Source: Marsupella aquatica
Taxonomy: Eukaryota; Plantae; Marchantiophyta
Length of the DNA stretch: 64,000 nt
Direction: 5' to 3'
Assembly (NCBI GenBank): GCA_973895155.1
Contig: OZ316894.1
Location: 25,418,709-25,482,708, forward strand
Positions 42,478 through 55,929 of the stretch are shown piece after piece. The notes under the pieces are model-generated. The model was not told the DNA's origin. It ran no database searches and saw only the letters and a list, made by a program, of their open reading frames with translations. The position numbers and the translations under genes were made by a program. Each line of letters starts with the position of its first letter. Position 1 is the stretch's first letter.

Positions 42478-44529
42478 CGTGGCCACACCCCAGCTGATTG
42501 CTACTCTACGTCTCGTTTTGTGAATTTTTCAAGACATCTCTTTAAACCTGCTCGTCTTCCTCTTTTGTCGGCCTCTTTTTTCTTGAGAGTGAGTGCTTGC
42601 CAATAGTGCTATTCCGCGCAAAATGCAGTGAAGGAGCATTGACTGAGCCGAAAAAAAGATATCCACATTAATAAGGCTCCACGTGCTTCGAAATCGTAGA
42701 TTCAAAGGCTCGCAGGTGAACATAAAAACTCGGAGTGAATGGGTGCAGCGGTCCTGACATGACATGCGAAAGCTGTCTCCATTACAATTGAGGCCCGTGT
42801 TGTTATTTCTTTGTCCAACTCCACATGCAAAATCCTCGCTCCGGACAACGATCGTCTAACGTTGTCGACCTCCCGAATAAATCAGAGCCAAACGCCACCG
42901 ATTGAGCTTCTCTGACACGAATCTGCAGAGAGCAACCGAAATTCAGGAGTATTGAACTCTCAGAAAACCCAAAAACTGCGACAAAGATAATTCTGGGCTG
43001 CAGGGAGAAGCTCAGTACCCTACCGAGGAATCCCCAGCCATCACAGACTCGGCCACATGAGCTCAAGTGACGACTCGTCATGGCGTCCAGATTGAACCCT
43101 GTGCCTGCATGGACTTTACCAAAAGTCAGCTCCAACATCCATTCATAACGAACAGAGAACCGCTGTGATCATACCAAAGATCTGCTTAAATTGGAAGTAA
43201 TCCGGCAGGCGTGTAGAGACTGCGGACTTCCGAATCAGAATCGGAGGACGCGCTAGGAGACGAGCATCCAACGGATTGCTACGATATTCCGAATTCTAGA
43301 AGCGTTGCACCGAACCCTCGACGTGCGAAGAGGAGTGAAAGCATTGAGCAAATTGTCGAACGAAATCGGTCCAGAGGTGGGAAGGGATTTCGCTGTAAAG
43401 CCTCGCAATTTGAATGGAAGCAAATGGCGGGGAAAGGATGCAGCTCCCGCGAAGACAAACTCAGGTGGAGCTTACTTATTATTATTTATTCAATCAATTC
43501 AATGTGCCCGTGAAACAAGGGACTTTGGAAAGGGACTTTGGAACCCCTGCTGGTAATCACACATCAAAATGTGGGGCTGCATTCATTGATTGAAAGGAAA
43601 AAACTAGGATTATCAGGGTATGCAGGGGTACATCGTATATGTCATATTTTGATGTGCCCTTTAAAACTTTGGAAGTGCCTCACGTAATCATGATAGAACC
43701 ACCAATTTCTCGCTGCCCTTTATTCTTTATTAAGCTTGACCATACCCTAACAATACGTGTACTGTATCTTAGTACCCTAGGATCCCATAGTTATTTATAG
43801 CACAGAATGAAAGCAAAAGGTTAATTTCATTTACTTTTGGGCTGAATTTTCTTTTAAATCTTACGTTAGAGGTTTTTTGTAAACTCTAGGGGTGAACATC
43901 TTAGACCAAATCATATTTTAAGGAAAATGGTGTGTAAGCATGGTGTCCTTAAATTTTACCCAGAATTTGTCACAAACACTAAAGAAGTAGTTATTTTTAT
44001 TTGCAAACAAATTAGTTCCTTTCTGCAACGCAATGGGATGATGTGGTGCACTCTGGACTCTTGAATTTTGTAAGGGACCTCTAATGGGGGTCCGTAAAGA
44101 GTCCCCAAAAGTCCTGCTCAATGCATATCTGAAAAAAAATTATGACTGACAATGACCCGGACCATACATGGTGCAGTGGGTGATCATCGCTCTCATAAGA
44201 AATGTCCTCCCATTATCTGGTGCATGAGTCACATCTGTGGTCACTATTGTTGGGGATAATTCATATCCCGAAACACCATGCACATGTAAACACCATACAA
44301 AGTAGTCGACACAGCAAATACGTGATTCACCTCTCTTCTGAGACTACGTCCACTGGAAAGCAAGAGACCTCTACTTCTCTCTTGCCCAACTCCAACTATG
44401 AACTGAAGATCCACCAAGGGCTAGCATCAGCCCTGGTTATATACAGCATGTATCACTTCTAACCTAAGCTAAGTCCTAACCTGAGTTAGCCTAATTGCGG
44501 TTAGTTCTAGAGTCACAAGACTAAAAGCA

Positions 44530-45600
44530 ATACTCAACAACTACCCCAAACTCCAATAGCTTCTACAGCTCTGATAAGTTGGAGCCAAGCAAACGTCTAG
44601 ATTCTTATAGGCCTGAGGACCAAGAATGCTAGCAAGGAGGAGAACACGACCCTTCTTAGTCTTCAACCATGGTTATGGTCTTACTTAGGCTTCCGTTGTT
44701 GATTGTATGGGTTTACCCCATCTATTGCCAACCCCAATCAAACATTCTACAGCTCTCAAGAAAAAGTTGTCCCAGTGGTGTCAATGTGCTTTCACATTGG
44801 ACTATCATGGTAATACTGCATAATCCTTGGTGGGGATTGGATTGCCAAGTCTGGAGTGCCAATAAATGTTGCCATCAAATAAGATGCTCTAGTCGGGGTG
44901 TGATAAGGAAATACCTTAAGACCTGCCAGAAACACAGTCACAACAAACCCACTGACATTAATGGAAATGAAGGCCTTCTCAAGCAATGTTCAACAAATAA
45001 TACAAACTATCAAATAACATAAATTATGGCAAGTAATGTAACGACATTAGTAACGTCGTAGAGTGTAGTTGATGTCGGGCAGTAGGACATAAATGAATAG
45101 ATATCATGCTTTTGACGACGTAAGTAACATAATAGTAGGTCTTATATGTAGTTATATCCCCCAAAATGACATACACTCAGTGTTTTACGTGTAAAATGAT
45201 GACGTTAATATGGATGAAACTACGTTTAGATAATTGAAACAACATTCTGTCAATGTAGCTTTGTGGAGTCCTATGTTAATTCTGTAACATGGCCACTTTT
45301 GCGATGCCAACAGGAGGAGAACATCACCTTCTCTGGAAATTTTCCCCCATTGGTATTGGGCCAGTACAGTGGAAGCAGTCGTGAAAGCTTACGCTTTGCC
45401 TTTAAGTAAGCACTCAGTGTGCTCAGAATATGTCCCTTTATACAAGATGCAACCACTCAGACACATATGGATAGTCTCTAAAGCCAATCCAATTGAGGTT
45501 AACAACTTCTTAGCCTCCCTTAGACACATAAGAGTGGTTGAGGCAAGAGTTTTTTGTGGAATAGCTGGAATAGTGCATCTATATGGACGTCCAAAATGTT
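44530..45600 (-). mobile_element. Degraded CACTA (En/Spm) transposase remnant
   Basis: Minus-strand fragments with stops and frameshifts: EAKKLLTSIGLALETIHMCLSGCILYKG, KVLRYFLITPRL, IMQYYHDSPM*KHID, NV*LGLAIDGVNPY and ILGPQAYKNLDVCLAP. These follow the CACTA Tnp2/Transposase_21 motif order (IHACPNDCILY; KVLRYFPLIPRL; HPADSPQWKHID; NVRLGLATDGFNPF; PGPKQPGNDIDVYL). Confidence 0.82.
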
Positions 45601-48600
45601 GAAAACAACATGCAAAGCAAATTCCACATCAACAAAGTGGCACGCAACCTGCAGTTGTGAAACCAGGAAAACATATTATACACAATTAGTTTGGGGTATG
45701 ACATTGGGTGTGGTACATACAGGTTGACACATTCACTAGTTGGGCTGGATCGTCCCCTAAACTATATACATACAGTGGATCATGAGGCTTACCTTGATGA
45801 TGGGGAATCTAGGAAGAGTGGGATTCTGACTTCCATTTCCAACAGATCCCAATCTTCCTGCTCTACTTCGGTCTATGGTAGGCCTCTCGCGCTCAGGTGC
45901 ATGTGGTTCAAAGTGCATGTCCACAAGGTGGGCAAAAACATACTCTTCAAGAATCTCAGACCAAGGGCTATTCGTGTAAACTAGCCTACTGCCCATGCTT
46001 TTGCATTTCATAGTTGAAATGAACCTGTCGCAAAGTCACTCCCCAGTAGCTCCACCACCTTTCCAGCTTTCGCCCGAGAGTCGCGGCCCAGGAGTATAAA
46101 GCACTGATGGTCCGCGCGAGGGGTTTGCTGGGAAGCCCATATGGATTTCCAAAAGAATGGATGGACTGGCACAAAAAATGTCTAAAAAGACTAGGGTAAC
46201 AACTTTTACAAATTTTGACTGACCATTTAAAGCTGGAATCAATTAGCTTGTTGCTCATGCTCAAACTAAGTGAAAAGTTCTTCACAAAAGTGGTAGTTTT
46301 TCACTGATGCCCAAGTTATTCAAGGTGTCCTTCACAAAGTTAACATCATTCCCAAAATTAAGTGATAAATTGTCGTTATTGCTCAAACTACTGGGCGTTC
46401 TTCCCTAGAGCGAGTTCATTAGCACTGTCTTCCTTTATAATATTTGACCATCGCTGCCCTTATCATAAATGAAGCAAATACGAGAGCAACTGATACTCAG
46501 GAAAATCTCAAACTTTGTGAGGTAATAAGTTGGACATCATGGAACATGTTGGAAAAATTGGAGATTACACAGAGATCCCAAAGGTATGCAAATACATGCA
46601 TAAGTCTATCAAACATGAGATGCACAAGTTTGCCAAATATAGGTTGGAATCGGTTTGGGCACCTAGAAATTTACTCGGGGACACCTTGTCATCCTTCTCA
46701 AAACCACTAAGTGTCCTTCCACGAAAAGCTGGCTGATGAATTCCCATGAAGCAGTCCATGAGGCACTCTAGACTGGACTAGATAGATTTTAAAGTTTAAG
46801 AGTATATAGCTAGTTTTGGGTACCTTGTACACGGAATTTTTTAATCTTCCTTCAACCTAGTTACTCTGCATTCCATGCTCCAACGGCTCTGGTGACCGCA
46901 GCCATCAAGAGTCCTTGTCGAATCGACAATTTTACTGATAGTGACGGGGCTCTCACAACAGAAAAGCCAGCGCCAATATGCGAACCATGCTATCGGGGTT
47001 CCAGCATGCTTAATTAGCTCCATACTTCCATGCTCCCATGAGCACTTGTTTGAAGACATGCAATTGTATATGGGTGTGACCATGACCGTGATGACTCGTC
47101 AATGCTGATTGGATGCCTCACACACCACCGGCTGACCCCACCGTAGATCATGTGCATCCAGTGCTATCCAGTAGGCTGCATGATAGATGTGCACGACCCA
47201 AATTTCATGGTGACCAACATTTCTCAGAAAAAACATAGTGCGGAAAGTCTATCGAAGAGAGGATAATGCTGTCCTATGCCACTGGAATTCACGATTTTCC
47301 AACTTTTTGTTTTTATTGTTTAATGCATGCCTTTTGACTAGTAAAAGACACATCCACCAACTACTGAAGTGTCCCCACAAGCCATGAGGCTACCCCAGAC
47401 TGAGATCGAAGAAAATGGGAATTTTCTGATGCTCCAGCTGGGAGTACTTTCGAACGAGAGAAATCAAGACAGCTCCTAAGAGATAGTTACTCTCCACTTC
47501 ACGAGATGGATACCTGGCTACTTTTTTTATCCTTGAAAGCTATGAATACGTGGCCTGGCCAAGGTAGGTAAAAGATGGGCCCTCATTGGTAACTTTATTC
47601 AAGTGCAGTCTTTTTTCTTTTTGGTTTGATGGGGAGGAGTTTTTGGGGGGTTTTGTTTTTATTGTTGGGGCGGGGGGGGGGGGGGTTGAGCACGAGGAAA
47701 CCCCGTCCAAGATTGCAAGCTGTATGCAACTAGAAGATATAGTTGACATCTGTGGGTATAGGCAAAGATAAAGTTTAATTGTCGTTAGCTTCAAGATGAA
47801 TATTTGGCTTTTAGCTCCTTAGCTAGTTCCCCACGTGCGCTTTACTATATCTGAAATATATGGAGTTTTTCATAATTTGTTGTTGTGTTATTGGACAAGG
47901 AGGTGGGTACCCAATGTATGTCGTAGGGAAACCCTAGTCAACCTCAAGTACTCTTACTATTAAGCTGTTCTTTGGCAATGTGGCGTATGTATACTTGAAG
48001 TGAGAAGGTTTTCAATATCACATCTGCAACCATGAGGCTTGCTTCAGAGGCTGCAGTCTTTCAACCGAAACAGAAGCCAAGCCTTGTGTTGAAGTTTGCA
48101 AAAAGGACTTGTGTCAGGCGTGGCCCATGGTTGCCTTCACCACCTGTTGCTTCACCTCTGAACTTGTCAGCATCCCAGATTCACGGTATAATGGCTTCAC
48201 CCTACCATAGGCTTAAGAGGTAGCTTTCAATCACAAATTATTAGTAAGATTCCTGGTGCCTATACACAAAGTCATATTTTCTCCACTCGAACATAGCATG
48301 CAGGATCTGTTTTTAGGTCTGGATTGACCGGGTGCAAGGGTCTAAGCTTGTGAGCTCCCACCTTGGATGACCTTTTCATGGCTCTAACCTGGATTTTGCC
48401 TAATTCCATGCCACAAAACTAGGCTGCCTCTATTTGTACAAAATACTCACTGATTCAAATCAACAAACATACAGGGCATCTCTTTCACCTTATTTTTTGT
48501 GGAAAGACAACAGATGGACGGACAGTGTAGTGTACTTCGTAATAAGGGACAAAAAAGAGCATGAATGCCGTTGCATTTGGGGAAATTCACTCACTTTTTG

Positions 48601-50505
48601 CATTGGTAGTTGTCTTGACTAAAACACCACCGACAGCTTGTGTGGCCCAAGAACACCTCAACGACAATCCTGCCCGCATTGTGGGTGGTGAAAGCGTCCT
48701 AAACATAGGGTGATACAGTACCAAACAAATACAAACAAATACCTCCAGTGGTTTTCTCAAAAAATTCCCTCCAGTTTATCATTAAAATAAAACTACTGTA
48801 CTAATCGTCTGGAAGGATTCGTTACCCCCTTCTGCGGAAGGCCTTTGTACCCGCCTTAATTTTTAAAATTTTTATCATGAATACGAGTATCTCAAATACC
48901 TGCGAGTTGGCAAATGGCTTGGGTAGTTACCACTGTCAGGAACTACCCAAACAAACGATTCACGACAGCGCAGGAGTGCTCTACTCCGTGTACCAACTCC
49001 TTGTCAAAATCGGTATATCTTGACAGCTTTTTCCTTGGCAGCTGCTCGATATCTCCGCCTGCGCTGAGACAATCGGGAAATGCCACCGTGCACAGCAAGA
49101 CTGCGACTGCCAGGGCAACCGTGAAGATTTTCCTCCAATCTTCACTGCAAGCCGAAGAGAAGACCCGCCTTTTCATCAGGGAAAATAAGCCAAAACGGTT
49201 TCTTCTCGTGAAAACAGGAATTCAAGCTCACATGGATCTCCATGTTTGCCAAGGTGCCAGATGGACTTTGGAGACTCAGATGGACTCCAGCACATCACTC
49301 CTTACTTTACATGTTATTCAAATAAAATGAAATGTGCAAGAACACGAGACACTCAAATTTGCAGGTCCAAATTCTCAGTTAGATCTGGCTCACGGGAGAT
49401 ATATTTCCAAATTGTTTTACACTAATTGGCACTCGCTTCTGAAAATTCAAAATTTGTATCTAGTTTGATTTTGTGGCTAAAAAAGCTCTTATGCAAATCT
49501 TTTCTTACATTCCGCTTTCTTCATTTTATTGCCATTTTTAAGAAAAGAACCATCATGGTGAAGCGAATTTAGGGATAGGTTCTTGTTTAAAACTTTTTGA
49601 AAAACTAAACCAAACTTGCGCTTGGCGGATAGATAAGCCAGGAAATCCCATAGATTGGCATGACTCTGCCGCAATAGGAGGTGTTGCAGCACTATCAGAC
49701 TGATTGGAAAGATCTTTCCAAATGACTCCTGAAATGCTTAAGAAAGCCTATTCTACTGAATACAAATGGAGATATTGAAATTTAAGCTATGCTATTGGAA
49801 ACTAGAAAGAGGTCAAGTAGTGAAGGTGTAAAATATGTCACTATCCATGGGGCTTACATGGTTTTAGACTTAGGTCCTTAGGGCTCATATGGTTCATGGG
49901 CTCCATCCATGGGAGCATCAATTTATGTAAAAGACAACTTTACTGGAAGAAAATAAACCACAAATAAAAAGAGGAAAGGTGACAGTCACTGGTCATTGGA
50001 TTTTTCCCTAAACGCAGTTGACCTGAGTCCGAGGCATAGGGTGACCGAGAGTTTGGGTTCATGATTGTCTGGTGATGTGTTCGTGTGTGTGATGGAGTTC
50101 GTCCTACTACAGTACATTGGTATGGTGGAGCATGTGTGTATGAATGGACTATCTTTCCTACTCATGTTGCATGATGCATCATGTACCTGAAGTCCTGAAC
50201 CTATGAATTCTTCTTCCAAGCGTACATGACCCATTGATACTATTTTGTCCATTTTCAGCCGGACCGCCATTTCATTTAATTCATTGATCTGCCAGTCATT
50301 AATTTACACTTATACTTCGGGAGGACTAATGATGAAAGAATGACAAAGTATAATACTTTAATTGACGAGCTTGAGCCGTTTATAGTCAGCGAGAAATAGG
50401 GGTGTAAAGATTATAATAAATACAAGGAATGGTTTTTTTTTTGCAGATATAGAATTTCAAATTACTTTCAAGCTGGAAAAACTAGACCGTTGGGACTTGG
50501 GACTA

Positions 50506-51126
50506 CAGTCGACTCACTCTCTAAATGCACATTCTCAGACGAAGCCTCTAGTTTGCATTTAGCTAGGGTTTGCAATTATCGATATGAATGTAAATCTCTT
50601 TATTTAGTGTGCAACTATCGAGGTATGTGTGCTGAGAATGGCGTATAGAGCTCCAGGAAGTGGATCAAGAGCAATATGACTCAAACATGTCACATCATAA
50701 ATGAAAAAGGGTAACCAGATGACACAAAAAAGATTGAAGAAAATTATTACTAGTATGTTATAAGTGTAATGTTTCATAGAAATGGAAGTTCTTATTACAC
50801 TCCATATTTCTCTCAAGCAGTTGACTACACAACATCTGCAGTAGTGAGGTGCAATGAGCCCTAGGCAAGTCTTCATTCTCATGACTTCCCTCCTTAATTG
50901 TCATCCATGCCCTAACTGTAATTTAGTCTGTGTAAAAGTGACTCACACTCATAGATTGTAAGTGTAAGTGAAAGGGATTGTGCCCTTACCAACAAGTGTG
51001 CATAAATCCTTATAGAGGGTTTTGCACCAGAGGTTGTAAAACTGCAAAAAGGGTGAGAAGAAAGGAACTACTTGCAATTAGGCTGGGTTTGCACTTATGA
51101 AATGTGCACTTAGAGCGAGCCGACTG
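50506..51126. mobile_element. About 620-bp MITE-like element with CAGT-starting TIRs (Tc1/mariner/pogo-like)
   Basis: Left TA|CAGTCGACTCACTCTCTAAATGCACATT versus right-end reverse complement CAGTCGGCTCGCTCTAAGTGCACATT. The right flank is GA rather than TA. Confidence 0.62.
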
Positions 51127-54100
51127 GAGAGAGTACCACACTAGCATAGCTGGCTGGATAGAGCTTTGAAGTGTTGTATGCACCTTGCGAAAGGAACATG
51201 CAGATGCCCCTGGGGAACAGGACAACATAACCAAGTTTCGTCGCATGACAAGCAGTTTGTGACCTTCGGACTTCGGTAGGAAGGAAGCGTGCGTCCTTCC
51301 GTAGGACAGCATAGGTTGCATGATGACGAGGTTCTGTACAGAAACCAACTTTTGCACGGAACTTGGAGGTCCGTTGAGACTTGAGAGGGACTTTCCTGCC
51401 TGCCAACATATCTGATTGAATTATTTTATCCAACTGTAGTTCGAGCTTTAGGTGACAGTGCTGTAGTTACTGTCTTCCTCATCATTTGGACGACATTAAT
51501 GTGGGGGAACTATATTGTATCTAAATTGCTTTCATCAATAAATTGTCCGTGGATTCCTTCAAAGAATAGCCAGGATAGACACAAAGGCTTGACAAAGTGC
51601 TCCAAACTTGAGAAACCCAGATAGATACAACCCAAACATCACCTTATACTCGCTTACCATTATTTATAGATTTTCAGAGTACTTGCTCCTTTTTGTGATT
51701 CTGTTCATCAAATCTTCATAACCAATGTGTCAATTTTGGGGGGAGGAGGGGCAGGGGCGCTTTTCTGTTAAGGTCTATGGTTATTTTGTTAGTTTGATCA
51801 TTCCATTAGCTGTGTTGTTTCTATATCATTAACCAGTTTCCCACCTAGTCAGTCATAGATCCATTTGCAAGAATCTAATGGCCATCCTTAAGGCTAGAGA
51901 GAAAGCAAACAAGGAACATTCCTAGCATCTTCTAACGGGAACACTGAGCACACTTGCTAAAAAAGAAAAAAGTTAAAAAGTTTGTTATCAGGAGTGCATC
52001 TGAGTAATTTGACGTAAATTCGTTCCTTATTTGAAAGCTGGTTGCGTAGTCTTTCCCAGTCAGTTTTCATTACTGTATCAATAACTCTCTGAGAAGAAAA
52101 GATACGTACAGTTTGTCTGTATATATCGACGGTCTCCATTCCGAGATCCTAAGAAAATGCATTTTCCGACGTTCATGATTAAAAATACGTTGAATTAAAG
52201 TGACGATATTCTTGTCTCCTGAACCGTACGGTATTTGTGGGCGCCGTACTGTACATTGACGATGCGGGTTTCCCGTTGAGGCCGACTGATTGACGAATAT
52301 TCCGCAATGACACATTCGATGGATGAGGGTGTACCAGAGTACATGCATGTTTGCAGCGCCACAGACACAGAGGAGCAAAGTTTATGTATGTTTGGACTCA
52401 CACGCCATGGATCCATCATCCAACCGATACGAGCATCAAATGGCCATGTTCCGCTACATGATTGCGCAGACTTGGCTACAATCATATCACCTCGTTTTTA
52501 CAAAACTAAGTTGTTTTCTACGCAGAAGAACTTGCGAGATTCATTCTCGGATGGACCAAATCTTTAGAGAAAATAAAATATCCTTTGAGTAGAAAAAATA
52601 AAGTCTGGAGGCACATCTGAGAGTTGTTTCAAACGGTGTAGGTCCATGGAGACTTCAATTAAAAAATACCCTAGGAGAAATCTTACTGTAAAGCGCCAAT
52701 TGAACCCAATTCTTAAGGGCCTGGGTCTAGAGACAATAATGAGTGAGGGTCAAACTTTTAAATAAGGATAGACAACTATTGACTCTAAATAAAAATAAAA
52801 ATAAAATGAGTATGGACAAAAAACCAAGGATGGGGCAAAGATTAACCAAAATAACTTATAAATTTAATTATGTAATATATATTTTTATATCTATTTAAGT
52901 TCAAGGAAGGGTCATGGGGCTACTTGAAATAAAAAGGAGCTCATTTTCACTTTAGCCTCCCTTCTTAATGCTTATGTGGCGTACGACCTGGTTGTGGTTG
53001 TGATTTCCTGCTACAGCAGATACTTTGCACATTGGTATTTATTTCCCCATAAATAAAATGTTTGGGGTCATAAGCTTGGACAGGATGCAAATCTTTGAAC
53101 TCATGGAATCCCAAAATTTTCTTTGAGTGATAATGAAGCAGTTCTGGAAAAGGGCTAACAATGGCTACAAATGACCAATGTATAATAAATGGCCCAAACA
53201 AAGTACATTGGCTTAAAGCCTAACTCCATGTATAATAGCTATTTTCATGGATCCCATCCAGACTTAGAAATCTTATCCAACCAAGGTGTTTAGGATGAGG
53301 ATCCTATCTAAGTTATAGCACTAAATGTTTAGGGGACTAAGTTTGTGTGGGATCTCCAAGTTGAGCACAGATTTGATCCCAAGATGTGCTTTGTAGGAAA
53401 GTGATGCTATTTTAAGCTAGATTGAATCATACCATCTCAGTTATCTCACATGTTTCAATAGATCCCGAGCAAGGTTAGGATTCACTCTATTCCAGCAAAA
53501 GTTTGGGTATACAGATAGCACCCAATGTTATAACTAGTGTTAGAGTACGGAACATGTCTGTGTAATTTCCATTCTGTTATATTTATTATCATTTTGTTAT
53601 ACTCTAGACTCAGAAAATTGAAAATATTCAAAGTTTCCTCTACTCATCCTTGAAAAAACATGCATAATTATCTACATCTAATGTCACATTCCAGGGCTTA
53701 AATATGGAGGTGAAGCCTCTAGATTATGACTCTGAGGGCTAATTGAAGTTGGAGCTATGAGTAAAACTCTGGCGGCTAATTGAAGTTGGAGCTGTGAGTT
53801 AAAAATGGGGACTGGGGTAGAGTGAGTCTCTGATGAGGAAACAGTGTGCTTGAGTGTCCTCGACTCCATTTAAGTTTAGAGAGCATTCACTTAGGCTAGT
53901 AGTGTACAGCGGTGAAGGGAAGGCAGGCCTCTTCAAAGATAGTAAACATACCATAAAATTTCACGAAACGAATTTGGTTAGAATCTCTTGGCCAAGCTTG
54001 GCCAAGCTTGGTGAACCAGGGTCTGTCACCTCGGCTCTTACTTGGTCTAACTTCTACAGTAGCTGATTTGGTGAAACTAATCATTGTTGAATGAGCCTCT

Positions 54101-55374
54101 AGGGAAAGTAAGCAAGGGACGTCTCCTGTGTTCCAAGGTACTGACCTTTTTCTACAACTTGACGTAGCCTTCAAGTAGATGGTCCGTCAGTGTGACTCAG
54201 ATGATTATAGGGGAACAATTCCCTTATTTGGACTCTGCAGATGTGATGTTTCCTACTTGTGCCTAGTGTCTGGTGATTAAAACCTGGTCTCTTACGAGAA
54301 TGACTACTGTTGGGAAAAAGGCACAAAAGTGGCTACTGTTGATGCACCACTGCAACTTCGGTTTATCAACTCCTACTTTGACCTTTGGGGTCAGCCCTTG
54401 GTGCCCTCTGTTACTGAGCAACGACATTGCCTGGGATTGATGTTCCCACACCGTTTCAATAGCTCTACCACTTTAGCTACAACTACTGTAGTATTTCTCT
54501 GACTGTTTTGTTGAATGTTCTTAGAGATTTACTGATCAGTTATTTTCATTTATTTTATTCATCTGTCAGTGTCAGAAGTCTCTGAAATTTCTCTGCAATT
54601 CATAAATCTGACTAAAAAAATTAGATCATGCTTCTATCACCTTGGGCAATACCTTAAAGTTTTCTCTGTGGACTGTCCTCTCCTGATTAGTTTTGCCTCT
54701 TAAGATCTTTATCAACAAGATTCCCTTTTGGGAAAAGGACCATTTACTAAAAAGTGCCAAACAAAGTACAATGAAGAAAGCAAAGTGGATAGACACCACA
54801 CACGCAAAACAAGAGGGCGAAGGCAACCCCAATAAACTAGAAAGAGGGGAGATAAAGATAAAGATCTATCTCAATAATACTGTGATGAGCTAAGGGTCCA
54901 CCTTAGTGTTGCAACTAAGTTTGCAAGGTGGAACATGGATGTCCCATTATGGTGGCGCACTGGTATACAATATTAAAGACCTTTTTTGGTTCTACTTTTG
55001 CTACCATGTGTTTGGTCTGGTATCGAGTACTTCAACTCTGCAACACTTTGTATGAGGGATTAATTCTCACTAAATTCCTGAGTTTCTTTTGTGTCAGAAA
55101 AAGAAGAAGCTGATTTAATTTTCTTTCTAACCACCGTTACATGGAATTTTCAGAAATCTAGCATTTGAGGATAAATTCTTAATGAACTCCTGAGTTTCTC
55201 GAGTGCCAGAAGCTAACCCCATTCTCTTTCCAACAGGTTATGTCGAGTTTTTAAAAATTGAGTATAAGGAGAAATCCTGCTCCAAATCCTATTTCATGCT
55301 GGTTTGAGTCACACTAATAACAATACTGCCAATCCAACTCTAGCGAGACTAGCCTTATTATTGTGCATGTGCCC

Positions 55375-55493
55375 ACGTAATTCCTGTCAGGAGAAGAGGT
55401 TACCGGTGTGTAACCATTTTTGCAGGGGCCTGCTATAGTCATAATCTGCTGTCCTGAAAAGTCCAGTAACCTCTTTCTGGGCAGGAGTTACGT
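55375..55493. repeat. Inverted repeat, about 28-bp arms, within a GGTTAC/GTAACC-rich patch
   Basis: ACGTAATTCCTGTCAGGAGAAGAGGTTAC pairs imperfectly with GTAACCTCTTTCTGGGCAGGAGTTACGT. Confidence 0.6.
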
Positions 55494-55819
55494 ACTCTAG
55501 TGCAAGGCAAAGCTGGGGTTATAGACTGTAATAGACTGTAACCTGTTCCCAGAATATTCAAAGAAGCTTCCCGGTTGCCATCCATCATCTTATTTTCATA
55601 TTCCGGACACAAGGTTACAGCCTAGTAACCCTGCTGCTGCCTATCAGTTTCTTTTTATATTCCGGATGCAAGGTTATAGTCTAGTAACCCTGCACCGAGA
55701 CGTGCATTACCCTATACATGAAGAACTTCAAATACCTAGACTTGCAGGCCTGTCCCAACTCACAACCTACAGCCTAACTATGAAAATTTTCTTTGCCAGA
55801 TTATAACCAATGATTTCAC

Positions 55820-55929
55820 TCTAGTCCGAGTAGGTCATGAAGGTCACCAGTTAATAACATAGATTCCATTTTGGTCTAGTCCGAGTAGGTCATGAAGGTC
55901 ACCAGTAATAACATAGATTCCATTTTGGT
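55820..55929. repeat. About 55-bp tandem duplication upstream of myosin
   Basis: TCTAGTCCGAGTAGGTCATGAAGGTCACCAGT(T)AATAACATAGATTCCATTTTGG occurs twice. Confidence 0.92.

Noticed and set aside
51110-54900. Scattered 60-107-aa ORFs
   Set aside because: No recognisable domains or consistent splice structure.
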